DNA of 64,000 bases from Micavibrio sp. TMED2. Lineage in GTDB: Bacteria; Pseudomonadota; Alphaproteobacteria; TMED2. The stretch lies in the NCBI GenBank assembly GCA_002168225.1, contig NHBH01000001.1, positions 93,955-157,954 on the forward strand, given 5' to 3'. Numbering within the stretch: position 1 is the first letter of the stretch; each line of letters begins with the position of its first letter. Shown one piece after another: positions 28,636 through 40,478 of this stretch. Made by a program: the position numbers and the translations under genes. The notes under the pieces were generated by a model that saw only the letters and a program-made list of their open reading frames with translations, had not been told where the DNA came from and ran no database searches.

Positions 28636-29574
28636 TCAGTCAAAGCCGATCACCCGGTCGCGTGAGAGGCCGGTATCGCCCGTCTCGAACCGATAGGCGA
28701 TCAGCGGCCCGTCACGCCCGGCGGAGTAGTCAAGGCAGAGCGCATTTTCGCTCTCGATCAGGAAATCACCACGCATCCAGTAATGGCCGAAGAAAACCGG
28801 CTTTTCCGCCTTGTCATAGGTCATGGCAATCGCCTCGGGCGGCATCTGGCCGGGCGGCAGGATCGCATCATCCGGCACCGACACCGTGCCCTCGGCCCAT
28901 GTCTCGGCATCATTGCGCCACCAGGCATGGCGCACATGTTTCCGTCGCTTGCCGCCACCATCAGCAAAGAAATAACCCGGCGGCAAGGGCACTTCCGGCC
29001 CTTTGGTCACCGTCTCGACCATATCATTGAGCGGATGGCTGTCCTTGCCAGCCGCAACAATCAGTGCCGGTGGCAAACGCCCCTGTTGCGCATGCTCCGC
29101 CTGCGGCACCATGGTGGCAATATCCTGCGGGCTCCAGCAGGCATGGACCATGCGGAACGCGCCGGTATCGAGCCAGAGCGGCAGGGTCTTCATCCAGTCG
29201 ATCCAGTCACCGGCCTCGACCGAACCGAGCGGGAACTCGTTCAGGAAGCTGCTGTGCTGTTTGGTGTTGTCATCGCTATGGGGGCGCAAGGGCTGGCCGG
29301 TGTCATCATCGAAGTGATGATAATGAATGGCATTCAGTTCGTGATTACCCATCACCGCCACCGCATGACCGCCATCGATCAGATCGCGCACGGTTGCCAG
29401 CACCGGCCCGTTCTCCGGCCCCCGATCAATGAAATCTCCGAGGAAGGCAAGCCGTGCCCCCTGCACCGGAGCGCGCCAGCCCGATGCCGTGCGTTGCCAG
29501 CCGATCCGGTCCAGCAGCCGCGTGAGCTTGTCCGCATGACCGTGAATATCCGGGATGATGTGATAGCTGGTCAT
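28636..29574 (-). CDS. Calcineurin-like metallophosphoesterase (ApaH/PrpE-like)
   Basis: DIHG, GDFIDRG, GNHE, VHA and GHY motifs all present. Confidence 0.9.
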   Translation of the reverse strand: MTSYHIIPDIHGHADKLTRLLDRIGWQRTASGWRAPVQGARLAFLGDFIDRGPENGPVLATVRDLIDGGHAVAVMGNHELNAIHYHHFDDDTGQPLRPHSDDNTKQHSSFLNEFPLGSVEAGDWIDWMKTLPLWLDTGAFRMVHACWSPQDIATMVPQAEHAQQGRLPPALIVAAGKDSHPLNDMVETVTKGPEVPLPPGYFFADGGGKRRKHVRHAWWRNDAETWAEGTVSVPDDAILPPGQMPPEAIAMTYDKAEKPVFFGHYWMRGDFLIESENALCLDYSAGRDGPLIAYRFETGDTGLSRDRVIGFD

Positions 29575-29665
29575 GATGCCTCCGACCGGGGTTTTACGCC
29601 TGTGATGCTGCTCAATCCTTACAGCATAAACACTGCTGCCGGTTGAATAATTCGGCCATGCTTTC

Positions 29666-30613
29666 ATGCGGAACGGTTACGGTCCCACCCTATCGATGCA
29701 CCCTATCGACACACAGCAGGCGAGCCTCCCCCTCATGTCCGATAATGCTGCCCTTGAGCGAAACGCACCGTCACCACCACCGCCGCCGAAATTCTTTCGC
29801 TCGCGCACCGGTGAACGCATCGCCTATCGCCATATTCCGGGCAAACAGCCGGGGATTTTCTATGTCCACGGCCTCGCCGGGTCGATGAATGGCAGCAAGA
29901 CCAGAGCTATCGAGGATTACGCCCGGGCACGCGGGCAGGCCTATACCGCCATTGACCTGTCCGGCCACGGTGCCTCATCCGGCAAATTCCACAAACAGCG
30001 GTTCAGCGACTGGCGCCGACAGGTGAATGAGGCGCTCGACAAGCTCGCACCCGGCCCGCAGATTTTCGTCGGCTCCTCGCTCGGCGGCTGGCTGATGGCA
30101 ACGGCGGCACAGGACCGGCCCGAAAAGGTCGCAGGCATGGTCGGCCTCGCCGCCTCCCCCAACGGCGTGATCGACAGTATGGAGCGCAAACTGACCAACC
30201 GGCTGCGACGGCAGCTCTCCACACGGGGATATATCGATATCGAGGTGACGCCGACCTTTGGCTATCGCCTCGAGCGCGGTTTCTATGAGGATGGCCGCCG
30301 ACACAATATCTACGAACAGCCGAACCGCTTCACCGGCCCCGCCGCCCTGATCAACGGCACCGATGATGATGTGGTGCTGCCCGAAACCGCCCACCGCTAC
30401 GCCGCCTATCTCGGCCCGCAGGCAGAGGCAATCATGCTCAAGGGCGAAGACCACCGCCTCAACAGCGAAGCCGCCCTCGCCCGCATCACCCAAGCCATCG
30501 GCGAGATCAGCACCAAGGTCGGCTTCGTACCGCAACCCCCAGTCGCCAACGACCCCGGCACCGGCCCAACGCGCAAACCGGTTGTGGACGCAACGCCCCG
30601 CCCCCGGCGCTGA
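29666..30613 (+). CDS. Alpha/beta hydrolase with Pro-rich terminal extensions
   Basis: HGLAG, GHGAS, GSSLGG nucleophile elbow, GTDDDVV, GEDHRL. Start may be 29696 or 29735. Confidence 0.88.
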   Translation: MRNGYGPTLSMHPIDTQQASLPLMSDNAALERNAPSPPPPPKFFRSRTGERIAYRHIPGKQPGIFYVHGLAGSMNGSKTRAIEDYARARGQAYTAIDLSGHGASSGKFHKQRFSDWRRQVNEALDKLAPGPQIFVGSSLGGWLMATAAQDRPEKVAGMVGLAASPNGVIDSMERKLTNRLRRQLSTRGYIDIEVTPTFGYRLERGFYEDGRRHNIYEQPNRFTGPAALINGTDDDVVLPETAHRYAAYLGPQAEAIMLKGEDHRLNSEAALARITQAIGEISTKVGFVPQPPVANDPGTGPTRKPVVDATPRPRR

Positions 30614-30685
30614 ACGCGGGAAATCACAATCTTTTCATGCTAGTATCGGGCTGCTTTCCCCAAGCGAATCGACACTCGACGATTC

Positions 30686-30701
30686 GTACCATATATGGTA
30701 C
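30686..30701. promoter_or_regulatory. Perfect 16-bp palindrome GTACCATATATGGTAC, likely TA operator
   Basis: Lies 8 bp before the toxin ATG; antitoxins typically autoregulate through such palindromes. Confidence 0.7.
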
Positions 30702-30709
30702 ATATACCC

Positions 30710-31063
30710 ATGAATGACCTGAAACGACTGCCCGCACGGTTCTGGCAATCGGTCAGTGGCAATGTGCCAGTACGGGACTGGCTGCTGGCCCTCGATGCCC
30801 CGGACCGGAAAGCGGTTGGTGACGACATCAGGACGGCGGAGTTCGGCTGGCCGGTCGGAATGCCGCTCTGTCGCAAGATGAAGGGCCATTCCGGCCTCTG
30901 GGAAATCAGAACCGATCTGGGCAACCGGCGTATTGCCCGCGTGTTCTTCACCGTAGAGGCAAACAGCATGGTGCTGCTGCACGGCTTCATCAAAAAGAGC
31001 CAGAAGACACCGCAGAACGAGATTGATACCGCATTGCGCCGCATGAAGGGATTGAGGACATGA
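30710..31063 (+). CDS. RelE/HigB-like toxin (phage Gp49/DUF891 type)
   Basis: PVRDWL...GWPVGMPLCRKM...GLWEIRT...LLHGFIKKSQKTP. Confidence 0.9.
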   Translation: MNDLKRLPARFWQSVSGNVPVRDWLLALDAPDRKAVGDDIRTAEFGWPVGMPLCRKMKGHSGLWEIRTDLGNRRIARVFFTVEANSMVLLHGFIKKSQKTPQNEIDTALRRMKGLRT

Positions 31064-31359
31064 GCAAGGAACAGGACACCGAACCCGGCCATATCGGCCC
31101 GAGCTTCGACGATTTCCTCGACCAGCAGGGCACTGCCGAGGAAACCACCGCCATTGCCATCAAGCGGGTGATCGCCTTTCAACTCGAACAGGCCATGGCA
31201 GAGCAGCACCTGACCAAAACCGAAATGGCCAATCGCCTCAACACCAGCCGGTCACAACTCAACCGCCTGCTCGACCCCGACCACGAAGGCGTCAGCCTCG
31301 AAGCCCTGACCCGCGCCGCTCATGCAGTGGGGCGGACATTGCGGTTGGAGATAGTGTAA
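31060..31359 (+). CDS. XRE-type HTH antitoxin
   Basis: ATGA overlap with the toxin; GPSFDDFL...KTEMANRLNTSRSQLNRLLDP. Confidence 0.9.
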   Translation: MSKEQDTEPGHIGPSFDDFLDQQGTAEETTAIAIKRVIAFQLEQAMAEQHLTKTEMANRLNTSRSQLNRLLDPDHEGVSLEALTRAAHAVGRTLRLEIV

Positions 31360-31372
31360 AGGCACCCCATGA

Positions 31373-31852
31373 ATGAGATCAGCAGACAAACATCTAATAT
31401 CATCCAGCTATAAAAATGCTCTAAAGTGCGCTTGCAATCTTTTTGCTTTATCAAGTACTATATACGACGCAAGCAATCCAAAATTTATTGACATTTTTAC
31501 TGAAAATATAATTGAGAATTGCTTAGATTTTTCGATTAACTGCAGAAAACTGATGGAGTTATGCGAAATCAGGGATCAGCCATTAGACGCAAGACGATGG
31601 AAATACGACATTGCCTCCAACATAAACACGGAGAATAGTCTAAAGAATGCTACAAACAAAATCATTCATAGCAAGAATCTACAAGTTGTATTTGGCGACC
31701 ATCCAGACAAAGTATTTCAAGATAGCAAAATAAAAGATATTGTCGCCTTATACATTTCCGTAACAACAGATAAATTTCCCGAAACGCATATAGATATATT
31801 TTCTTTGTCATGGTGCTTTATCAGCAAAATTGACATCAAAGATCATGCCTAA
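31373..31852 (+). CDS. Low-GC hypothetical protein
   Basis: Strongly AT-rich ORF 13 bp after the antitoxin; contains LKNATNKIIHS. Confidence 0.65.
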   Translation: MRSADKHLISSSYKNALKCACNLFALSSTIYDASNPKFIDIFTENIIENCLDFSINCRKLMELCEIRDQPLDARRWKYDIASNINTENSLKNATNKIIHSKNLQVVFGDHPDKVFQDSKIKDIVALYISVTTDKFPETHIDIFSLSWCFISKIDIKDHA

Positions 31853-31857
31853 ACACT

Positions 31858-33030
31858 TCACCGCGTCTCCGCAAAGAGTTCCCGCCCGATGAGCATCCGT
31901 CTGATCTCGGATGTGCCGGCGCCGATTTCGTAGAGTTTGGCGTCGCGGAGGAGGCGGCCGGTGGGATATTCGTTGATATAGCCGTTGCCGCCGAGGCACT
32001 GGATCGCCTCGAGCGCCATCCATGTGGCCTTTTCCGCGGCATAGAGGATGGCACCGGCAGCGTCCTTGCGAGTGATCTCGCCCCGGTCGATTGCCTTGCC
32101 CACCATATAGACATAGGCCTTGGCCGAATTCATCGTCACATACATATCGGCGAGCTTGCCCTGCATGAGCTGGAATTCGCCGATCGGCTGGCCGAACTGT
32201 TCACGCTCATGCACGTAAGGGATCACGATATCCATACAGGCCTGCATGATGCCGAGCGGTCCCGCCGCCAGCACCGCCCGTTCGTAATCGAGGCCGGACA
32301 TCAGCACCCGGACGCCACCACCGATCTGGCCGAGCACGTTTTCCGCCGGGACCTCGCAATCCTGAAACACCAGCTCGCCGGTGTGCGAGCCGCGCATGCC
32401 GAGCTTGTCCAGCTTCTGCGCGCAGGAGAAGCCCTTGAACCCCTTCTCGATGATGAAGGCGGTGATGCCCTTTGATCCCGCCGCCGGGTCGGTCTTGGCA
32501 TAGACGACGAGCGTATCGGCATCGGGACCGTTGGTGATCCACATCTTGTTGCCGTTGAGGATATAGCGGTCGCCCTGCTTCTCCGCCTTCAGCTTCATCG
32601 AGACCACATCCGATCCGGCCCCCGGCTCCGACATGGCGAGTGCGCCCACATGCTCACCGGACACCAGCTTGGGCAGGTAGCGGACGCGCTGTTCATCCGT
32701 GCCGTTGAGGCGGATCTGGTTGACGCAGAGATTGGAATGCGCGCCATAGCTGAGGCCCACCGAGGCCGAGGCGCGGGAGATTTCCTCCATCGCCACCATA
32801 TGCTCGACATAGCCCATGCCGGCACCCCCATATTCCTCACCCACGGTCACGCCGAGCAGGCCCATATCGCCCATCTTGCGCCAGAGGTCGGCGGGGAACT
32901 GGTCGGTACGGTCGATCTCCGCCGCCCGGGGTGCGATCTCGGCCGCCGAAAAATCGGCCACGCTGTCGCGCAGCATATCGGCGGTTTCACCAAGGTCGAG
33001 ATTGAGCGGGCGCGGGGCGTTGGCGAGCAT
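31858..33030 (-). CDS. ivd: Isovaleryl-CoA dehydrogenase
   Basis: [54 protein letters not shown]. Confidence 0.96.
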   Translation of the reverse strand: MLANAPRPLNLDLGETADMLRDSVADFSAAEIAPRAAEIDRTDQFPADLWRKMGDMGLLGVTVGEEYGGAGMGYVEHMVAMEEISRASASVGLSYGAHSNLCVNQIRLNGTDEQRVRYLPKLVSGEHVGALAMSEPGAGSDVVSMKLKAEKQGDRYILNGNKMWITNGPDADTLVVYAKTDPAAGSKGITAFIIEKGFKGFSCAQKLDKLGMRGSHTGELVFQDCEVPAENVLGQIGGGVRVLMSGLDYERAVLAAGPLGIMQACMDIVIPYVHEREQFGQPIGEFQLMQGKLADMYVTMNSAKAYVYMVGKAIDRGEITRKDAAGAILYAAEKATWMALEAIQCLGGNGYINEYPTGRLLRDAKLYEIGAGTSEIRRMLIGRELFAETR

Positions 33031-33149
33031 GGACGGGTTTCCTCAACAGAGCGTTTATCACGGGATATTCTTGTTCTTGGCCCATAGATATACCCCGCCC
33101 GTCGTAAGCAGGCCAGTGCCGGAAATCTTAAAAGATGATCGAGTACGGC

Positions 33150-33716
33150 TCAGAGCTTCAGGCCGCGTGGGGCGGGGGCTGCTTTCGGTTTGTCGCCGGG
33201 CGGTTTATCGCCGGGGTATTGGTCACCGCCTTCGAGGCCGGTGATGTTGCCGCGGGCAAGGGCGACACCCATGCCGAGCAGGCCAAGCACACCGATACCG
33301 AGCGCGATACCGTTGCCGAGGCGGATATCCTTCACCGCCGCCTCAATCTTCGGCTCGGCCTGACGCCACCAGTCGCCGGGTGACTGTCCCGGCTGTGCAC
33401 CCGGCAGCTCACCGTGATTGCGCAGATAGGCGAGGGCATCGGCGGCATCGCGCTTCAGCCCGATGCTATCGAGACCGGCCTCGGTAATCGCACCGGGTTT
33501 GGCCGCCGCCTTGATGATGCGTTTCTGTGCCGCCGGATCATTGGCAATACCGTCATCGAGCAGTGTCGGGTTGATAGAAGGATAACCGCCAGCCTCTATC
33601 TCGATACCCGGTTGCACGGCATCGCGATCCTGATGCGCGTCAGCCAGTGCCGGACCACCGAGGGTCAGGGCAGCGGTTGCCGCGATTACCAGATTGTTCT
33701 GCCAGCGCTTTGCCAT
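33150..33716 (-). CDS. Orphan exported protein with C-terminal TM anchor (paralog 1)
   Basis: Signal peptide, LPGAQPGQSPGDWWRQAEP motif, TM helix, Pro/Lys-rich tail. Confidence 0.72.
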   Translation of the reverse strand: MAKRWQNNLVIAATAALTLGGPALADAHQDRDAVQPGIEIEAGGYPSINPTLLDDGIANDPAAQKRIIKAAAKPGAITEAGLDSIGLKRDAADALAYLRNHGELPGAQPGQSPGDWWRQAEPKIEAAVKDIRLGNGIALGIGVLGLLGMGVALARGNITGLEGGDQYPGDKPPGDKPKAAPAPRGLKL

Positions 33717-33760
33717 GTTTTTATCTCCAGAAGGTACGGGGTTTAGGATCAGCCGGATGA

Positions 33761-34337
33761 TCAGCCGGGACCGGTTGGTGGACGGAAATGGGTCGCCGGG
33801 CGATCATCATGTGATTGCGCACCCTCCTTGCGGCGGCGATAGGCAGAGAGCGCCGCACTGCCGCCTATGCCGAGACCCATGGCCCCGACGAGACCGGCGG
33901 AAATCAGATAAGGCAGGCGACGCTCGGCCTTGTAATCTTCCATCTTCTCGAAAATCACCGGCTCGGCCTCACGCCACCAGTCAGCGGGGGACTGCCCCTC
34001 ACGGGCACCCGGCAGATCACCCTGATTGCGGGCGCGGGTCAGGGTATAGGCAGCATCCGTGCTCAGCCCGACCTCGAACTTGGCACTGGCGATGGAATGC
34101 CCGCGCGCGGCATCGTCGATGATCGCCTTTTGCAACTCACGGTTATCAACCGCGCCGGGATCGAGCAGTTCCGGCGAGATAGCCGGATAATCAGATACCG
34201 GAATGGCCTGCACGGTTTTGGTCGCGTAATACGGCCAGATGCTCTCCAGATCCTGTGGCCTGCGCCTGATCCGGCGAACCGAGGCTGAGGGCAGCGGTGG
34301 CGGCAAGGGCAAGCGTGTTTCTCCAACCCGATGACAT
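33761..34337 (-). pseudogene. Frameshifted paralog 2 of the 33150-33716 family
   Basis: ATG 34337 with RBS encodes MSSGWRNTLALAATAALSLG (matches paralog 1 N-terminus) but stops at 34191; the homologous body YPAISPELLD...GQSPADWWREAEP is in another frame. Confidence 0.7.
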
Positions 34338-34560
34338 GGCGTTTTCCTGTTCTCAATGTGTGTTTTCGATCTGGTTATTGAATACTATTTACACACGAAA
34401 GCGCCAAATATTTCTTTATTGAACACCATAAGGATACAATAATATATCGCCTGATCAGGCTGGATTGCAGAGATTCTGCCGGTCGCGCGCGCCGTTGCTT
34501 GCGGTCAACCGGGCCGATCTATATGAATGAAATATAACAAGAATACCCGAGGAACGCGCC

Positions 34561-36194
<1,634 letters not shown>

Positions 36195-36213
<19 letters not shown>

Positions 36214-36554
36214 TCCGCAGCCGGTACCGGGCGCTTTTCGGCCCAGGTCAGCAGCGCATCGAGCGCCGGGCACAAATCCTGCCCCCAGTCGGTCAGCCGA
36301 TACTCAACCTTGGGCGGCACCTGATGATGCACGATGCGGCAAACAATGCCGTCCGCTTCCAGCTGACGCAGCTGCTGTATCAGCATCTTCTGCGATACCT
36401 TCGGAATGGCCCGTTCCAGCTCCGAGAAACGCCGGGTCTTGCCACCGAACAGCTGGAACAGGATCAGCAACTTCCAGCGACCCTCGAGAAATCCCAGCGC
36501 CTCTGTAATGCCGCCCGCCGCAGATTCCGGCGTATGGTGGTCATGGTTACCCAT
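36195..36554 (-). CDS. HxlR family winged-helix regulator
   Basis: GRWKLLIL...RFSEL...SQKML...PPKVEYRLT. Confidence 0.93.
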
Positions 36555-36668
36555 AGGTAAGTACCTTACTTTTTTGTGCGTACTTGTCTAATTTGCTGCA
36601 AATTGACATATCTCTGCAAGCGCAATCCGAACGTGATTGCACATCCTTAAAGCAGGGAGTTTATCACC

Positions 36669-36989
36669 ATGTCCCAATCAGAAATTCTCAACCGTTATCT
36701 GTCAGCAAAAAACGCTGGCAATCCCGATGGCGTTGCCGCCTGTTTTACCGATGATGCCAGTGTGCATGATGAGCGGAACACCCATGAAGGCCGCGCGGCA
36801 ATCCGGGCATGGTCAGCCGATGCCATCAAGCGTTACCGGCTGCAAAGCACGCTGGTGGAGTTGGCGGCAAAGGACAACATTCTGACGGCACAAATACGGG
36901 TGCAAGGTGACTTTGCCGGCAGCCCGGCGACGCTTGAGCACCAGTTCACCCTGCAGGATGACCTGATCCGCAGGCTGGAGATTTCCTGA
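36669..36989 (+). CDS. SnoaL/NTF2-like protein
   Basis: ACFTDDASVHDE...GRAAIRAW...GDFAGSP; divergent from the HxlR gene. Confidence 0.87.
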   Translation: MSQSEILNRYLSAKNAGNPDGVAACFTDDASVHDERNTHEGRAAIRAWSADAIKRYRLQSTLVELAAKDNILTAQIRVQGDFAGSPATLEHQFTLQDDLIRRLEIS

Positions 36990-37000
36990 CGGCTTGCACC

Positions 37001-37699
37001 CTAACGCAGATAGCGCAGGAAGGGCAGAACCTGACGGAGCAGGATGAGCATGCTCCAGACCCAGTTGCCAACATAGGTCATGGCGGCGGCGGTGAGCAGC
37101 TCGCGGGCAGGCTTCATGTCCTCAGGACTGACGAACTGCCCGCGCTCAAGGATCGGCAGGGCACGGCCAAAGCTGGCATCGAACTCCACCGGCAGGGTCA
37201 CCAGACGCGTGACCGCCGACAGGATCAGGGTCGCAACCATGACCACCAGCATCAACAGGCTGATGCCCGGTGCCTTGAGCAGGGCCGCGAGGATCGGTGA
37301 CAGCGCCGCACCGAAGGTTGCAAACATGACGGCGTAATTGGTCATGGCGACCAGCGGTCCACGCATCCGGAATGCCCAGTAATCGTCGCGGTGCTGGAGC
37401 GCGTGCCCGACCTCATGGGCGGCGATGGTCACCGCCGCGAGCGACTTGCCATGCATATGGGGTTCCGAGAGGCGGACGGTGCGGGTTGTGGGATCATAAT
37501 GATCGCCCTGCTTCTCCGTCATCTCGACCGAAACGCCCTCAAGTCCGGCAAGATCGATCAGATGGCGGGCAAACTCACCGCCGGTACCGGGATAATCGGC
37601 ACGCTCGGCCTGATGCCGCTTGATCACCGACTTCGCCCACAGGCCCGGCCCGGCGATGATGATCAGCAAGACAGCAATGATGACGATTGCAACAACCAC
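37001..37699 (-). CDS. Zinc metallopeptidase (YugP-like neutral zinc peptidase)
   Basis: GDHYDP, AAHEVGHALQH (HExxH), TLPVEFDAS, AAAMTYV. Start uncertain (37699-37735). Confidence 0.9.
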   Translation of the reverse strand: MVVAIVIIAVLLIIIAGPGLWAKSVIKRHQAERADYPGTGGEFARHLIDLAGLEGVSVEMTEKQGDHYDPTTRTVRLSEPHMHGKSLAAVTIAAHEVGHALQHRDDYWAFRMRGPLVAMTNYAVMFATFGAALSPILAALLKAPGISLLMLVVMVATLILSAVTRLVTLPVEFDASFGRALPILERGQFVSPEDMKPARELLTAAAMTYVGNWVWSMLILLRQVLPFLRYLR

Positions 37700-37718
37700 C
37701 GCCTGTTCTCGCCCTTTC

Positions 37719-39677
37719 CTATGATGCAGCCTCAAAGGCCACCAGTGCTGCGCCCTCCATCACCTGATCGCCAACCGCAAAGGGCAGGTCGGTGACGGTA
37801 CCGGCGGCTGGTGCCTTGATGACATGCTCCATCTTCATGGCCTCGAGCACAAGCAGCGGCGTGCCCGCCTCGACCTTGGCACCGGCCTCGACCAGCACCG
37901 CCGTCACCTTGCCCGGCATTGGCGCGCCGAGACCACCGGCAGCACCCGCCACCGCATCCGGCGGGGCCAGCGGGTTCAACCAGTCGAGCGTGATCCAGCC
38001 ATCGGCATCACGGTCCCACAGAGTCAGCCGGTCGCCAGTGCGGTCCACCTCAGCCGGTATCTGGTCCGGGTTGATGGTCACCAGTTCATCACCGACCGTG
38101 ATCAGCCACTCGCCATTGATCCGGTCCGGGTACTGGACGCTGACGCTCCGGCTCTCGCCCTTGATCGGTTCAAAGACAAAGACCGCATGGCGCGGCAGAT
38201 TGCAGAGCCAGCCATCGGCGGCAAAGGGGTTGGTATCGGCGCGTTCCTCGCGTACATGCGCGACCAGCGATAATGCCGCATCGGCCAGCGCGCGGGCGGA
38301 TGGCTCCGGCCCGTGCAGCAACGCATCCTCATGGTTCTCGATAAAGCGGGTATCGAGATCGGCAGCGCGGAAGGCCGGATGGTCGATCACCCGGCGCAGG
38401 AAATCCAGATTGCCGTTCAGACCCTTGAGCCGGGTGCCAGCTAGCATCTCGCTCAACCGGCGGCAGGCATCGTCGCGATCCTCGCCCCAGGCGATCAGCT
38501 TGGCAATCATCGGATCATAGTTGGGCGTGACCATATCGCCGGTACGGATACCGGCATCAACCCGCGTAAAGGGCATGTCCGGCACATCGAACCGGGTTAC
38601 CGTACCGATCTGGGGCAGGAAGCCGCGCGCCGGGTCCTCGGCATAGAGCCGGACCTCGATCGCATGGCCATCGACCGCGAGGTCGTCTTGTGTAAACGGC
38701 AATTCTTCGCCTGCCGCCACCCGCAACTGCCACTCGACCAGATCAAGGCCGGTGATCGCCTCGGTCACCGGATGCTCGACCTGCAACCGCGTGTTCATTT
38801 CCATGAAATAGAAGGAACCGTCGGTATCGAGCAGAAACTCAACGGTACCGGCACCGGTGTAGCTGATTGCCTGCGCCGCCCGCACTGCCGCCGCCCCCAT
38901 CGCAGCACGGGTGGTGTCGGTCAGGCCCGGTGCCGGGGCTTCCTCGACCACCTTCTGGTGCCGTCGCTGGATCGAGCAGTCGCGCTCGAACAGATGCACA
39001 CAGTTGCCATGGCTGTCGGCAAAGACCTGAATCTCCACATGGCGCGGTGTCGCCAGATAGCGCTCAATCAGTACCTTCGGATCACCGAAGGATGCCTGCG
39101 CCTCACGCTGGGCACTGGCAATCGCATCCGTCAGCCCGGATGCCTCGCTCACCACCTTCATGCCCTTACCGCCGCCGCCAGCCGATGCCTTGATCAGCAG
39201 CGGGAAGCCGATATCGGTCGCCGCTTTGGCGAGCACGTCAGGCGTCTGATCGTCACCGTGATAGCCGGGCACGAGCGGCACATCGGCCTCGGCCATCAGG
39301 GCCTTGGCCTCGGACTTGCCGCCCATGGCCCGAATAGCGCTCGCCGGTGGGCCGATGAAGGTCAGACCGGCATCGGCAATCGCCTCGGCAAACCCGGCAT
39401 TCTCGGCCAGAAAGCCGTAACCCGGATGGATTGCCTCAGCGCCTGTGCGTTTGGCGGCATCAATGATCTTCGCAATTACCAGATAGCTTTCGGCTGCCGC
39501 GGCAGGACCGATATGCACCGCCTCATCACAGGCCGCCACATGGGCCGCATGCCGGTCGGCATCGGAATAGACGGCAACGGTGGCGATACCCATTTCCCGT
39601 GCGGTATCGGCGATACGGCAGGCGATTTCGCCCCGGTTGGCAATCAGGATTTTGCGAAACATGGATGATCCGTTCAT
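37719..39677 (-). CDS. liuD: 3-methylcrotonyl-CoA carboxylase alpha subunit
   Basis: KILIANRGEIA, HPGYGFLAEN, EMNTRLQVEHPVTE, biotinylation motif EAMKME. Confidence 0.93.
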   Translation of the reverse strand: MNGSSMFRKILIANRGEIACRIADTAREMGIATVAVYSDADRHAAHVAACDEAVHIGPAAAAESYLVIAKIIDAAKRTGAEAIHPGYGFLAENAGFAEAIADAGLTFIGPPASAIRAMGGKSEAKALMAEADVPLVPGYHGDDQTPDVLAKAATDIGFPLLIKASAGGGGKGMKVVSEASGLTDAIASAQREAQASFGDPKVLIERYLATPRHVEIQVFADSHGNCVHLFERDCSIQRRHQKVVEEAPAPGLTDTTRAAMGAAAVRAAQAISYTGAGTVEFLLDTDGSFYFMEMNTRLQVEHPVTEAITGLDLVEWQLRVAAGEELPFTQDDLAVDGHAIEVRLYAEDPARGFLPQIGTVTRFDVPDMPFTRVDAGIRTGDMVTPNYDPMIAKLIAWGEDRDDACRRLSEMLAGTRLKGLNGNLDFLRRVIDHPAFRAADLDTRFIENHEDALLHGPEPSARALADAALSLVAHVREERADTNPFAADGWLCNLPRHAVFVFEPIKGESRSVSVQYPDRINGEWLITVGDELVTINPDQIPAEVDRTGDRLTLWDRDADGWITLDWLNPLAPPDAVAGAAGGLGAPMPGKVTAVLVEAGAKVEAGTPLLVLEAMKMEHVIKAPAAGTVTDLPFAVGDQVMEGAALVAFEAAS

Positions 39678-40474
39678 GACCCCTCACCTGCTGCCCAAGC
39701 TGGTTTTCTCTTCTCCAGAAAGGCGGCGAGGCCTTCCTGCGCTTCCGCACCGACCCGCACGCTGGCGATCTGTTCCGCCGTCGCGGTACGCACAATCGAC
39801 GGATCGGTTTCCCGCACCAGCTCAACCAGATGCTTGGATGTTGCCTGCGCCTGCCTGCCCCCTTTGCGCAAATGCGCGATGATCCCGGCCACCGCGCTGT
39901 CGAGTGCATCAGCGGCCACCACCTCATGCACAAGGCCGAGGTGTTGCGCCGTCGGGGCATCAATCCGCTCGGCCGTCAGGAAATAGCGCCGTGCCGCACG
40001 GCCACCGATGGCGCGCACCACATAGGGCGAGATCGTCGCCGGGGTCAGACCGAGGCGTACCTCGGAGAGTTGGAAAAACGCGCTGTCAGCGGCAATCACG
40101 ATATCGCTGCAGGCAACCAGACCGACACCGCCACCGATTGCCGGTCCCTGTACCCGGGCGACCACCGGTTTCGACAGGCGATCAATGGTTTCCATCAGCC
40201 CGGCCAGCGCCTGTGCATCGGCGAGGTTTTCAGCCTCGCTGTAGCCCGCCATGCGGCGCATCCAGTTGGCATCGGCCCCGGCAGAAAAGCTCTTGCCCTC
40301 GGCACAGAGAATGATCGCGCGGATGCTCTCATCCCGATCAAGCTGGCTGAAGGCAGCAGTCAGATCGGCAATCAACTGATCATCGAAGGCGTTATGCTTT
40401 TCCGGGCGGGCCAGCGTCAGCCAGGCAATATCGTCACGGGCCTCGACGGTAAATCCGTTCAGTTGTTCCGTCAT
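39674..40474 (-). CDS. liuC: Methylglutaconyl-CoA hydratase (crotonase family)
   Basis: FSAGADANWM, GGGVGL, SEVRLG; lies between the MCC subunits. Confidence 0.88.
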   Translation of the reverse strand: MTEQLNGFTVEARDDIAWLTLARPEKHNAFDDQLIADLTAAFSQLDRDESIRAIILCAEGKSFSAGADANWMRRMAGYSEAENLADAQALAGLMETIDRLSKPVVARVQGPAIGGGVGLVACSDIVIAADSAFFQLSEVRLGLTPATISPYVVRAIGGRAARRYFLTAERIDAPTAQHLGLVHEVVAADALDSAVAGIIAHLRKGGRQAQATSKHLVELVRETDPSIVRTATAEQIASVRVGAEAQEGLAAFLEKRKPAWAAGEGS

Positions 40475-40478
40475 GTCA

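Noticed and set aside
33194-33223. PGDKP tandem duplication in the tail of 33150-33716
   Set aside because: Only two short units in a low-complexity tail; covered by the paralog finding.
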